DNA of 62,732 nucleotides from Bilabrum cf. latius (taxonomy: Eukaryota), in NCBI GenBank assembly GCA_965178125.1, contig OZ237744.1:1302001-1364732 (forward strand). The letters are read 5' to 3'. A model generated the notes under the pieces. That model ran no database searches, had not been told where the DNA came from, and was given only the letters and a program-made list of their open reading frames with translations. The first letter of the stretch is position 1; every line of letters begins with the position of its first letter. Position numbers and translations under genes: made by a program. This document shows positions 40,601 to 52,535 of this stretch, piece after piece.

Positions 40601-40869
40601 AGGCAAGAATTAGGTGGTGAATGTCATAAGTACAGTTTGAACTCTTCGAAACACTCTATGCTTTGCCGCCGACGCCTGTTCACACAGACACCCAAGAATA
40701 CACACATTTCTGCGCAATCGCTACACCTGCAGTGCACGATGGCGCCGATGTACCCCGCAACCACAGCCGCAAGAGCGTATGAGCGACACCAGCAGGGCCG
40801 GTAGCCTCTCGCAAGAGCTTTCATTGTCCGTCATTCAGCAGCTGGATTGCTGCTGCGCATTCCCTGCCG

Positions 40870-43776
40870 TCACGTCGCCGGTGCGTCGATGAGGCCGTGC
40901 GCGCGCGCCAACCAGTAGGGTGCGATGAACACCCCGCCGTCCATCTCTGTCTGGCCGTTGCACCCATCCAGATCGTGAGGGTTGCCGTTCCAGCGTCCCT
41001 AGCACCGTTCGTCCGCGGGCAGCACGCCCATCGACTCGGTGCCGTGCCGGGCGTCTCTGTTCTCCTCCGGGTCCAGCCAGATGTCCAAGCGGTCGCTGTT
41101 CTGCACGGGCCACTGCAGGGGATCCAGCGGCCACTGGCGGAGGTTGGCGGCGGCAGAGCGGGCGAGGAAGGACATCTCGGAGGCATCGACCCCGGCGGGG
41201 GGGATGGTGCAGCCGCCGCCGGGCTAGGGGCGCTGCGAGCCTGGCTGTACCTTGGTGCAGGTGCCGTCCAGGGCCACGCTGGAGAAGATGGCAGCCCACA
41301 GATCCGGGCGGGTGGGAGCCACAAAGTCCCAGGTGCGTCGCAGCCCCATGAGTGTCAAGCTCTCCGGCGTGGGCAAGTCTGCGTCCCCGGTCACTGCGGC
41401 CCCGAGCTTGGTGAGGCTCTTGGAGTGCAGGTAGGCGTAGAAGGGCAGGAAGGTCAGCTCGTCATCCGAGTAGTTGTCATCCGACGGGGCCTCGATCTTC
41501 AGGTTGACGATGTTGCTGCCGTAGCCAGCGCCGCCCTCGGATACAGGCACAAACAGCTTCTTCCAGCCAGACAGGATCACGGCAGTTCCAGCCGTGTCGT
41601 TGAGCTCCAAGGCGGCGTCGTAGGCGTTGGCCAGCAGCGCTGCTGCTTCCAGCGAGCTCACGCCGCGGTTGTCGCTCCAGGTGCGGTTGTCATTGATATA
41701 CTCAGGGTTCCAATGGCCCCAACGCGTCGGCTTCCCATCGAAATCCTTGAGAGTGAAGTTGTTCGAGACAATATACACTGCAGTGTTCCGCAGAAGCTCA
41801 GCTGCTCGAGTCCGGACGTGAGCGGGAATCTACCGCTCAGGTGACAGACCCTCTGCGGCACGAGCAGCAGCGCTGACAGCTGCGAATGCGAATGTGTGTC
41901 CGACCACCTCATCACTGCTGGTGGTTCCCTTCCAGGTCCACCCGGGCATCGACGTGCTGTTGTGCCATGCGCTATCTCCTGCGGGGGGGGGCGTGCTGGG
42001 GTCCAGGCAAGAGCGGGCCATGAGGCCCTTGATGCCTGTCACGTTGTTGAGCAGCTCCATGCCGCTAAAGTAGCGCTCCACCCGCTCCACCGGGGTCATG
42101 AGCGTGTGTTCATTGGGCACGTCTGCCTGGCCAAGCACAGTCTGCCACAGAGCTCCGGCCAGCACCACGGACGTCCAAAGGCCCTGGTTGTCGCTTGGGC
42201 CCTGCACTGCTCCACTCAGGTCTCCAAAGCTGGGCAGATCACTCTCGCCAACCATGCCGTGCCGATTGTGCCGTGCATCGTTGATGTTCCAGGTCCTAGT
42301 GGCCTTCTCTGCTAGGGTCCAACGCTGCGGATCGACCACTGCCACACCGAAAGTCACCGGGGATGCGCCCTGCTCATACTCCGAGGAAATCTAGGACGTA
42401 GTGACGGCAACGAACATGTCTCCCTGGTTGACACCCTGTCCGATCGCCAGGTCGGAGACCCCATCGGAGGGCAGCCATCGCCCGTGCCTCAGCCACTTCC
42501 ACGGCCAGCTGCCTGCGGGTCGAGCCACCCCGCCCGGGGAGCCTAGCGCCCCCTCCGGACCTGTCTCGACGCTCATGCTATCCACACTGCGCTAGTGACC
42601 CCCCGCTGCTGCCTCTCCACTCGGCGACGAGCCCGGACTTGCGAGTGCGAGCCCAGTGGTGGTGCCTGCGGCGATGCGGGTGGAGCACTGCCCTGCTGCA
42701 TCCAGGCCGCGTTGAGCTGCCACGCTCGTGGTGTTTCCCATCGGTAATCCAGCCCACCCTGGCACACGCACGACTGTGCCATTGGCCCACCTGACGTTCA
42801 GCACCGATCTGGTGCCCACGACGAGTGCACCGGCGAACTCGTCGGCCTTGCCATCTCCCGAACATGCAGAGAGAGACCGGTCAAACGGCGGAACGAATGC
42901 CAGGGCGGTCACTTCGTTGTCATATACCCCACCTGTTCCTGTTGATACCACTGATACCCACTCAAACCCCAACACGGTCGGGGCAGGCGAGGCGCCCGTC
43001 TCGTTGGTGCCTGAACGGACGTAGTACATGCGATCCACACCACCGGCAGCGACCATTTGCTGCGTTGGTCCCTCTTGCAGGGGGCTGCAGGCCACCGCGT
43101 TAAATCCGTAGCCACCCACAACCCGCGATGGTCCTGCTGAGGACGATCCTGCCATCCAGAGGCCATCGCTTGATGCGATCCAAACTACCCCGCTATTTGC
43201 TGGGTCGATTTGCGCATCCTGCACATTGCCCGAGCCGACCTCATGCTTCCCGATAAATGAACAAGTTCCCACGATGCTGCTCCCAGACTATTTGACAGTG
43301 CAGCTCGACTGGGCCAACACGGATCCCTGCTGCGAGTTGCAGGCGGAAGCAATGGCAACTGTGCCATCACTAGATGCAGCTACATCGCTTTTACAGCCCA
43401 CGCCGATTTGCATCGGGCCAATATCAATGTGTGACCACTGTAGCTGCAGCAACCAGTCCTGTGGGGCTGGAGACAGAAGCGGAGAATCAGCACCAGAATT
43501 GGATGGCGGTACGGCTGCTGCGAAGAGCTGCTGGTCATCGAAACCAACGACGATCAGGCCTCGCCAATCGTCGGGTTGGCCAGACACAGCACGGCTAGGA
43601 AGCGATTCAATGAACGCTGGCCTGCTTCTCGTTGGAAGGTCGCCCCAAGCAGTCACTGTCACTTGGGAATCCTGTTGTGCAGCAAAAATACTGCTTGAAA
43701 GCTATTCAAATGCAGCGTCACGCAAGGCGTTTGTGGCAAGTAAACAACTTATATGAATGGCTAGCTAGTACTTCAT
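40870..43776 (-). CDS. About 970-aa secreted protein with propeller-like N-terminal half and a bacterial-type C-terminal domain; 8 in-frame TAG
   Basis: Signal-like MKY[TAG]LAIHISCLLATNA; SDNQGLWTS, WKGTTSSDEVVGH, DFDGKPTRWGHWNPE, NYSDDEL, LPADER...WNGNP...PYWLAR. Single frame, TGA at 40870. Confidence 0.7.
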
Positions 43777-44227
43777 GTCCGCGAGGAAGCTGCGCGCAGT
43801 GGACGACAAAAAGATCTGCGATGTGCCGTCCGGGAGTGCACGCTACAACCGCGGGGTGTGCAGGTCCAGGGTGCAGGTCACCAGGTGACCGTCACCTGCA
43901 GGTCACCTCACGGCAGGACAAGACACGGGCACCGGCACAGAGAACTGTAGTGCCACGTCAATGGGGGGACACAATGGGAGGATTGCGGGCTCCAGATGCA
44001 AGGCACAAGGGAGGCATGAGTGGCGGCGGGCTGCGCGGCCAGCAGCGTCACAGCGCGAACAGTAGGCCGATAGGCGGGTGGATGAATCCATTGTGGAGGA
44101 AGCCCATTGGGTCCGCGGGGCTGTTGGCAACTTATTCGTAGCATGCCCCCAAATCAAAAATGTTGATTCTGGGTTGCCTGGCTGCGTTCGTCTCCCTCAC
44201 ACAGGGTGCACAATAAATGGAATGAAT

Positions 44228-45154
44228 TCACTTCTGCTTCGTACGACTACCAGCACGTGGTCGAGCCTGCTTTAAGCTATTGTTGGCTCTCGCGCCTCTA
44301 TCCTCCCCCTGCAATCCCTCGGTCTACTCAAGCTGCGCGTCGTGCACGCTCAGGTGATTCACAAAAGTGTACACCGAAAATACAACGAAGAGCCTCCTGA
44401 ACCACACAAACTGCGACCAATGGGCAGACATGGCCTTCCAAGAGTGCATTGGGTCGCTGTGCATGCACACCATGCCACTGCCGCAACACCACCACCACGC
44501 CAATGTCCACAACCCGGCGATACTTCCGCAGAACTTGGTAATCAAATTCGTACTGCTTAATGTAACAAGTTTAGCCACACCATTACCATGCTTTCGTTGG
44601 AGCTAGGCGGACGCCCGGCGGACACCCCTGTGGGTGTCTCTGTGGTTCGGGTGCCCACTAACCCCCCAGTCATCAAAGGTTAACAGCCAAGCAGGAGCAC
44701 CTCGCGATCCGATATATTCGTAAATGGCCTTAGCCACGGCATTATCATTCCATACACGGGCGAATCCATCCTGCAGCTCACCAACATCGAGAACCTTGAC
44801 ACTGTCTCCGCGAATGCCGAGCGATGCTGCACTCTTGCCAATTTCCTCCGTTCGCTTCTGCCCAAGGCCATCAGCTCCTCCGTTTGAAAGACACAGAATC
44901 CGAACATCCACCCTGTTGGATACTAGCCAATCAATCGCTGGAACGAAAAACATCGCCTCGTCGTCTGGGTGGGCAATTACAAGTAGGACATATCCTCCCG
45001 GCAGCGCTCGAATTGATCCACACATATACTGTTCAGCTATTTCGTATACAAATAGAAGGCACCAGCATACCGCAAGGGCTCCGCTAAACAGGAAAACAGC
45101 CAGGACACAATAGCTAGCCGAACTTGCTAGCCTTGCAGCAAGCGATTCCTCCAT
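44228..45154 (-). CDS. PIGL: GlcNAc-PI de-N-acetylase (PIG-L); TAG at 44603 and 44324
   Basis: AHPDDEAMFF, TFDDWGVSGHPNH. The conserved C-terminal AMSAHWSQFVWFRRLFVVFS lies beyond TAG 44603. TGA at 44228. Confidence 0.9.
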
Positions 45155-45310
45155 AAAAGCCGGAACACGAGAGGGGAATCGCCCTCTACGTAACACAACC
45201 TTGATTGGGGCGGTTCAGCTGAACAGCTTGTTGCTGTGCGCCGGAAAAGTACATTCCGGAGCGAAAAAGCCAAGAGCAAGTTGAGACTCTAACAATCCAC
45301 CGAGTCAGTA

Positions 45311-46357
45311 ATGTTTCGATTTGCCTCTCGGGACGGGCTAAGGAGGGCATAGCAAGTATTTGCACCGCGTAAGCCGCCAACGCTTGCCCGCTTTGCCTCA
45401 TGACAGCTTCTCCGAAAACTGCTGGTTGGCGTCCACGTCTAATCTCCCGGTGCAGGTGCGTGCAGGTCTTTGTTCGTAAGGGTTGTCCCAACCCCAAATC
45501 CAGACTCTTTAAAATTTGTGACAGAGGGAGAGCAGATCCTGACTGAGGACCAGGGAACGGGAAGAGTAAGTGGCCGGCGCCCTCGGTGGTCCGCACGTCA
45601 GCGCATCAAGCTAGAGTTTTAGGACCGTTGAAGCACAGCCAGGCACAACTTAATATTTTTATATTGCAGCACTTCAATAGCATCGCTAAGAGCAAGGGGA
45701 GCCCGCTGGTGCAGGAGCTTCTGAAGTTACCGCACGTGCAGGGTGTGTTTCTTGGGCCAGACTTTGTCACTGTTAATAAGAGCGAAGAGGTAGAATGGGA
45801 AGTGAGCTCATGAACTACACGCATCATCGCATGAGTGACGCTGTCCCTCCAGCCGTGTCTACGCATCTTTGCCAAGTCCATTTGTCCCGCAGCCGCTGCG
45901 AGCCGCCGTGCTGCAGCTCATCATGGAGGCTGTCGCTTCCGAGCAGCCGATCCTCCAAGAACTTGAATCCGAACCAGACTCTACAGAGGTGCTGGACTCT
46001 GACTCCGAGGTGGTTGCCATGATAAAGGAGTTGCTGGAAGCAAGAATCCGGCCAGCCGTGCAGGAGGATGGCGGGGACATTTTCTTTGTCTCGTACGACG
46101 AAGGGTCCGGGCTGGTGCAGCTCAGAATGGCGGGATCATGCGTGGGTTGCCCTTCATCGACGGCCACCCTGCACCAGGGTGTGGAGAACATGCTCAAGCA
46201 CTACATCCCAGAGGTCACGAGGATCGAGCAGGTGGACGAGGAGGGGGCCATCCTGTCGGGGGGGGAGCCTGAGCCCCCACAAAGCATGGAGGAGAAGCTA
46301 GCTGCAGCCGGTGTGCCGGGCGAACCGAGTGGTGGCCAGCCAGGGGGGCGAATGTAA
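45311..46357 (+). CDS. NFU1: Mitochondrial NFU1 Fe-S carrier; introns 45369-45455, 45566-45669, 45802-45892; ends in TAA
   Basis: Transit peptide contains one [45 protein letters not shown]. Confidence 0.9.
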
Positions 46358-46634
46358 TTCCCTCGCTCGGCCGGGGCTAGGTAATCGAGCCAATACTTTG
46401 ACGCTCTTTTTGGATTGCGTGAATGCCGCAAGATTATCGTTGTGAACAGCACCACGGGTAGTCACGCTGCTTCCCTGCTGCAATACTGCACAACAGCAAC
46501 TAGCTCGCTGTTTCGTGAATGTTCCCAGCGGGGGGATCTGATATTTTGTGGACTCAACTCAAAATCGCACGGGGCACGAGAATGTACCGTGATGATTGCT
46601 CGAAAATCAAGATTCGCATCTCACAACACCTAGC

Positions 46635-48575
46635 ATGTTGTCGTTGCTCGTGCTCGCTAGCCATGCTTTGGCTATTGATAACTAGGCTCAAATCCTGGAC
46701 ATGGCTCAGAACGATCCTGGCGACTACTCCTGGACGCCCGAGTCTGCGGGCGTAACGGGCGTTGGGTGGCAGCAGTCGCGCTATTTTGACCCTGCCGTGC
46801 TGGCATCGCTGAACTATACCGGTCGTGTCACGACAGGTGAAATCAGCCCGTTTTTAACTTGCACGTTCGACTCGATCAGCGGAGGAAAGCCGTTCTTCAA
46901 CTCCACCGAACTCAAATGGGTTCAATAGGCTAGGGCCCAAGCAACCCGGACTGCAAGCCGAATCAAGCAGGCCAATATGCTGTGGATTCCATTTGTTGAC
47001 ATGATCGTGCTGCCCAAAAAGGTAATCGATCGGTTTCAGCACGAAATTCTAGATGAATAGGGTAAAATCATGTGGAATGACGCGACCAGGCACATTGTCC
47101 AAGCAATGCTAAACGAGACTGTCGAAATATTCGGTGACCTTCTCGACGGAGTGCTCGTGCGAACAGGAGAAACATACGTGTTCGACACGCCTTACCACGC
47201 GGGCAACTCGCCCGTGGCATCGTGCGGGAAAAACGAAAGCTGCCAGCAGGGCATCTGGGTGGACTTCATCACTGAACTGCGAAACACTGTTTGCGTGGGC
47301 CAGTCGCGGCGGGTGTTTTTCCGCGCCTGGGACAGCTTTGGCGGCTGGTCGGGCGACCCGGGCTATTACCTGAACGTGACGTCTCCCGTCGAGCCGCACA
47401 AGCTGCTGTATTTCTCAGTCAAGCACACGGCGGGAGACTTTTTCCAGTTCATGGGCTGGAACCGTCAGCTGGCCGTAGGCAAGCACGCCCAGGTGGTGGA
47501 GGTGGAGCTGCAGCGAGAGTACGAAGGGAAAGGCGCCTATCCGAACTATATCATGCAGTCGCTCGTGAACGGGTCCAGGCAGCTGCCGGATGGATCGGAT
47601 GCAGAGGGCCTCGTGGACATCCTCGCTGCCCCGCAGATCAAGGGGCTCTGGACGTGGTCCCGCGGCGGTGGATGGTTCGGGCCGTACATCCACGGCCGGG
47701 AGGAGTGGGTCGACGCTCACGTGTACGTGCTGCAGTGCTGGTGGGCTGCCAACTACGGGCCAGCACAAGCGATGGGCCCTGGCGCATGGGGCAGGCAGCA
47801 GCAGGTCATGACGGAGCAGCAGTGCTGGGACCAATTCGTGCGCACCCAGTGGGCCCCCCGCCTGGGCCTGCAAGCGGCCAGCGACCTGCCGGTGGTGCAG
47901 GCTGCCAGCGACCTGCTGCGCCAGGTGGCGCTGAATGGCACCGAGAGTGTGACGAATGGGCACTACTGCCCCGAAGGATCCTACTCGGACTGCTGGTCGT
48001 GGACGCGGGACAACCGCCTCGGAGGGCTCTCGAGGGTGCAGGGGCATCTCAAGTGGCTCGCGGGCGATGATACCGGGGAGCGCATGCGGCAGGCGGCGCT
48101 CTTCAAGAAGATGGCCATCCAGAACGCCGACGATGCCATGCAGGCCTGGGAGCAGCTAGACAGCCTGGTTCGCAGCACTAGCAGCAGCAAGTCGGTGGCT
48201 GCAACTGCTGATGGCTCCCCTGCAGTGGTGCTGGGCGGCTCGCCGTACCAGCCGCCTCTGCTGCCGTTCTTGCGGACCACGATCGAGTACGCCCAGCACC
48301 TGTGGACCATCGTGGATGCCGGGTGGTGCGTCATGCGGGAGGGCTGGAAGATGGACCACCCTAACCCTTCCCTGCCGTCCAATCGCAGTCTGCTGCTGCA
48401 CTGCGGGCAGACGTACTGGGACTCGTGGGCTGCCTACAAGGCCTTTGGGCTGTTCAGCGAGGACTGCCCCTCCCTGTATCGCGGGGTCTACTTCAACTTG
48501 CCAGGGGGCAACCCAGAAGCAGGGCTGGATGCAACGGTGAGCCAGTACATTGCTAAGGCACAGGCAGCAGTCTGA
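46635..48575 (+). CDS. Secreted protein of a bacterial-type uncharacterised family, possibly a glycoside hydrolase; 3 in-frame TAG
   Basis: Signal peptide MLSLLVLASHALA; DGVLVRTGETY..DTPYH, FFRAWD, FSVKHTAGDF, VELQREYEGKGAYPNY, WTWSRGGGW. TGA stop. Confidence 0.7.
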
Positions 48576-48653
48576 AGGCGAAAGCATGAGGCTGCGATTT
48601 CGAAGATTGATTTTTGGACTTGCTTGAGCGCGGGGGCGCTACAGATGCGCACA

Positions 48654-49558
48654 TCAGCTACCATTCTATTTCAAGTCTGCATTTTTCTTCGCTATCTTTG
48701 CTTCGAGAGCCTCCAGGGCTGCAGCTGATGCGATATCGAGCGGCGTGTCTTTGACATGCTCCACCTGTTTGATGTCTGGGACGTACAGAGAGAGCACGCG
48801 CTCGATGCCGTCCTTCAGGGTCACTTCCGACTGCCCGCAACCAACGCAGGACCCTGCAAGCCTGACATATGCGATCCCCCTGTCCTCGTCAACCTCCTCC
48901 AGAAACACGTCACCGCCATCAGCTTGCACCGACGGTCGCAGCCTTTCCTCAATTACCTCGTCCACCAGCTCGTATAGCTCCCCTTTATCCGAGGAGGTGG
49001 CTGCCCTATTTGACTCCATCGCCGTGTTGGGTGATTCGAAAAAGTCGACCAGAGCAACATCACCGGAGCTTGCCGAGACAGCATAGGCCTTGTCGAGGGC
49101 CTCAAGCAGGACGACATCAGCTGCTTTCATAATGTCTGCCCAATCCGCCCCACCATCTCGAGTGATAGACACAAAGTCTGAACTAAGATATACCTGCTTG
49201 ACGCCGTCTAGCCTAGCCAAGTCCTGGATATGCTGCCCGACACTCTCAAAGAGGTCAGCAGTACTTGCTTTCGTGATTGACTGCGGGAAAAGGTGGAGTC
49301 GGGAAGTGAGCCATGCGCGTTTCAAAGCAAACTGTGCGGATCTATATTCGTTGGTGTAAGGCTTACCAACCCAGACACTCCAGACCTTCTCGGCAGCACC
49401 GGGATCCCGACATCTACGCGCTTGGCATTTTCATTCGGAGTTACCTCCCACTTAATCCTTGGCGTCGCAGATGTCATTCTCCGAGCAATGACCCAGTTCC
49501 AAACTGTTGGGCGCCATGTAATGGCCTAGCGAGGCAGTCGGCGGGTGCATTGGCGCAT
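48654..49558 (-). CDS. Second, divergent NFU1-like protein; intron 49281-49366; 2 in-frame TAG
   Basis: Arg-rich transit peptide, VTPNENAK, VYLSSDFVSITR, LRPSVQADGGD, GSCVGCGQS. TGA at 48654, after TAG 48666. Confidence 0.82.
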
Positions 49559-49681
49559 TATGGCTCGAAATGACTTGTTTGGAAACTTCGAACCAGGAAA
49601 CGAACGTTCCGAAATTGACGATGAGGTTCTCCATCGCAGGAGACACCACGCCCCGATTCTGAGCCAACCGAATCAGATTTC

Positions 49682-50383
49682 ATGGCGTCCATACCTGGAA
49701 CTCGTTTAAAGTCTGTCATATCCTCTGTGGCCAGGAGGATGGCCCCTAAGTATGCTCTAGGTTTAATGTAAGTCATGCACCAAGTACCTCCTCAGACTAC
49801 CAGCCTATTCCTGCAAAACCCTGTGTTCTAAGTGTATTTCCCACCCCATGTATGTCATTCATGCAGGTTCAAACACACAGTGCCAGTCGTTTTGGTGCAG
49901 CAGGTTGATGAGCTTGGGCACAGGGGGATGTAGCTCGACGTCGCTGCAGGCTTTGCAAGAAATCACCTCTTTCCCAAGAAACTAGCCGTGTATGCCACCG
50001 ATGATCACATACAGAAATTTTCTGTCGAGCTTTCTCCGGAACAGTTTGAACGAAACGCTGCTCTGAGACGGAAGCGGCAGCTGCGATAGCAGGCTGCAAA
50101 GGCAAAGCTCGACTTCGGCCAAGCCACAGAGGACGGACAGAAGCTGTATGGCAGAGTGGCTTCGCAGGATTTTTCCGAAGCGCTGTACAAAGTAACGGGG
50201 CTGCGTGTTCAATCTGACAAGTTTGAGATCCTTTGGGACGAAAGTCGACCGGACGGCATTGAAGAGGCAACCGAGCGTGAGGAGCCCGGGGAATCCATAA
50301 CGAGGACAGGATCTTACGTCTTGCGCGTGGAGATAGAGGACGGCCTCTTTGTTAAGATACCGGCAGGCGTACGGTCCGTGTGA
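49682..50383 (+). CDS. MRPL9: Mitochondrial ribosomal protein bL9; intron 49768-49866; 2 in-frame TAG
   Basis: VVLVQQVDELGHRGM[TAG]LDVAAGFARNHLFPKKLAVYAT and GQKLYGRV. Ends TGA, immediately followed by TAA. Confidence 0.8.
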
Positions 50384-50496
50384 TAAGTGTCTCGGCGTTA
50401 CCCGCAGTTCCTGTTGCAACTGGCAAGTTTTCGTTCGGCATTTGCATTTTCTACTCATGTAGGGTTTGGTTATCAATAATTACCCTAAGAATAATC

Positions 50497-51657
50497 TCAT
50501 AGCGCGGGCTCCTCGCCAAACGGATTTCCCATGCTATCATCCGTCTAATCTGCAGGAGGGCTGCTCGGTGCTGCTTGTGCCATCGCCGCAGTGACGGGGT
50601 TCACCGTGGAGCTCCCAGCGGCACCGCGCCCCTGCGCTGCCTCGTAGTCCTGCCCCCCCCCCTCTGCGAAGGGGTGCTCCTCATTGTTTGCCGTGGGTGG
50701 TGTTCCGGTTGGTGGAAACGGTGCCGATGGGGCGGCTGCTCCGCCCGCAGACGAGGCCATTGAGCTGGGCATACCGACCTGCTGCCCCACCCCCGCGCCT
50801 GCGCCAGGCACTGCCCCACCTGTCGCCACAGCGTGCGCCAGGGCCGCGTCTTGCGCCGCCCTCTCCGCCTCGCCTTCGTCGTGATACACGTACGACAATC
50901 CAGCCAGCACGCCAGACAGAATGGTGCTGAGGACCGCCAGGATGAACCCCCCTCGGAAGCCGGCGCGCTTGAAGTCCAGGCCGCTAGCTAGCTGCGCGCT
51001 CAGCTCGTCCTTGTCCAGGCTTGAATTTACCACCCCAGCATAGGAGGCCCACCCTAGCAGCATGCAAAAAGCGATTCCACCGAATAGAGCAGGAGCTGCT
51101 TCACGCACGCGCAGGTATGCAAGGGGCTCAGGGATGTCGTAGTACAACCGGCCCCGGCGACGCACGAACGACACAAATGCGGCGAAAGCACCCATGAGCG
51201 TAGCGAGAAAAGTGAACGCGAACGCGACGCCACCAGCCCTACGGAAGTAGTCAAGTTTCTTACGCACGACGACAAGCTGTATCGAGCTGCATTGAACGCC
51301 ATCCAAGTCATCCGTTCGCTTTCTTCCATCCTCAAAAGTGCAGACTTCAGCCGTCAAGGGCAGGAACTGCCCGACTTGATGTGCTTTCTGCGAACCAGTG
51401 TTGAAATCTTTGGTTCTAAACCCCCACCAAGGAGTCCACGCAGCAATGATCAGGAACAGCAGCAAGAAAATAGCGCCAACCAAAATCCCACTTTGTGCTG
51501 GTTTATTTCGAAAGCCTTGCACCCCTACTGCGATCGCAGATTGCAGCGGATTTGAAGCCTCTGTTGGCTACTATGCAGCTGGTGGCGCAGCTTTCCCTGG
51601 CTGGCCATCAGGCACACGTGCACCTGGCACTGCTTGGTGTGCAGTGATTGCAGGCAT
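50497..51657 (-). CDS. Four-TM claudin/PMP22-like membrane protein; 3 in-frame TAG
   Basis: Four hydrophobic segments, TPWW after TM1, two Cys in loop 1, GGFILAV before TM4, acidic tail with NPF. TGA at 50497. Confidence 0.6.
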
Positions 51658-51742
51658 CAATTGAAGTCAACTCCGGGTTTAGACCAAATCTTCCCCCTTG
51701 TGGTAAGCCTATCGGGCAATTATATTGTAATAACTGGGTTCA

Positions 51743-52369
51743 ATGGCGACAAACGCCGTTGAGTCTTCTGTCCTGGGGATGACAGGGCCATGTCGCGGTC
51801 CGGTTCGCGGAGCTGCCGCGAACTGCAGTGCGCTGCATGCAACCGATCTATGCCAGGTGCACTGCACTGTATGCACTTCAACGGACCAAAATCATACCGC
51901 CTCAATGGAAGCCCAGGAAGGGGTCAGTAGCTCTGACCATAGTCGTATGGAGTCTAAAGATGCATATGATAATGTCAGTCAGTTGGAGAATGACATCTCA
52001 GGTGCAGATGGGGGAGAAATGAGCGGCTCAGTTGCTTTCGGCGAAACGCACGCTTCCCATTTAGGAACGACCGTCGACAAGATTCCAACTTCGTCAGCAT
52101 TTGCTCCTAAATCAAAGGAAGAAGAGGACTTGATGAAGAGATTTCTAGAATGGAAGGCCAGGAAGGAGAGCCGGCACCCACTGTACGAAACCGCATCCCG
52201 AGAGCTCGGGCGGGTACCCCTTGGATACTCGGCTAAACCGGAGCCACCGAAGCATCCCAAGAAAAGTAGTGATTTTATTAAGCAGGCGGCTGTAATCGGG
52301 CCTCCGAGGAGCGCAGGCCTGAAGGTTGGGGTAACGAGGCACCGATACCTGGCTGATTTAGACGGCTGA
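51743..52369 (+). CDS. Small protein, possibly PIERCE/FAP182-like ciliary protein (true start may be ATG 51905)
   Basis: HPLYETASRELG...KSSDF...GPPRSAGL loosely resembles the recalled PIERCE motif. TGA stop. Confidence 0.4.
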   Translation: MATNAVESSVLGMTGPCRGPVRGAAANCSALHATDLCQVHCTVCTSTDQNHTASMEAQEGVSSSDHSRMESKDAYDNVSQLENDISGADGGEMSGSVAFGETHASHLGTTVDKIPTSSAFAPKSKEEEDLMKRFLEWKARKESRHPLYETASRELGRVPLGYSAKPEPPKHPKKSSDFIKQAAVIGPPRSAGLKVGVTRHRYLADLDG

Positions 52370-52535
52370 TTTAGACGGGCAGTGAGCTGGTCTTAAAATT
52401 CGTTTTCGATAAACAGCAGGATCAAAATGTTTACGATAAACAGAAGAATCCGAATGCCGGTGCTGGCTCTCAACTTCGCTTGGGTGCCTAACCCCAACCC
52501 TCTCAAAAGCTTGCAACCGGGACGATCGCAGCAGC

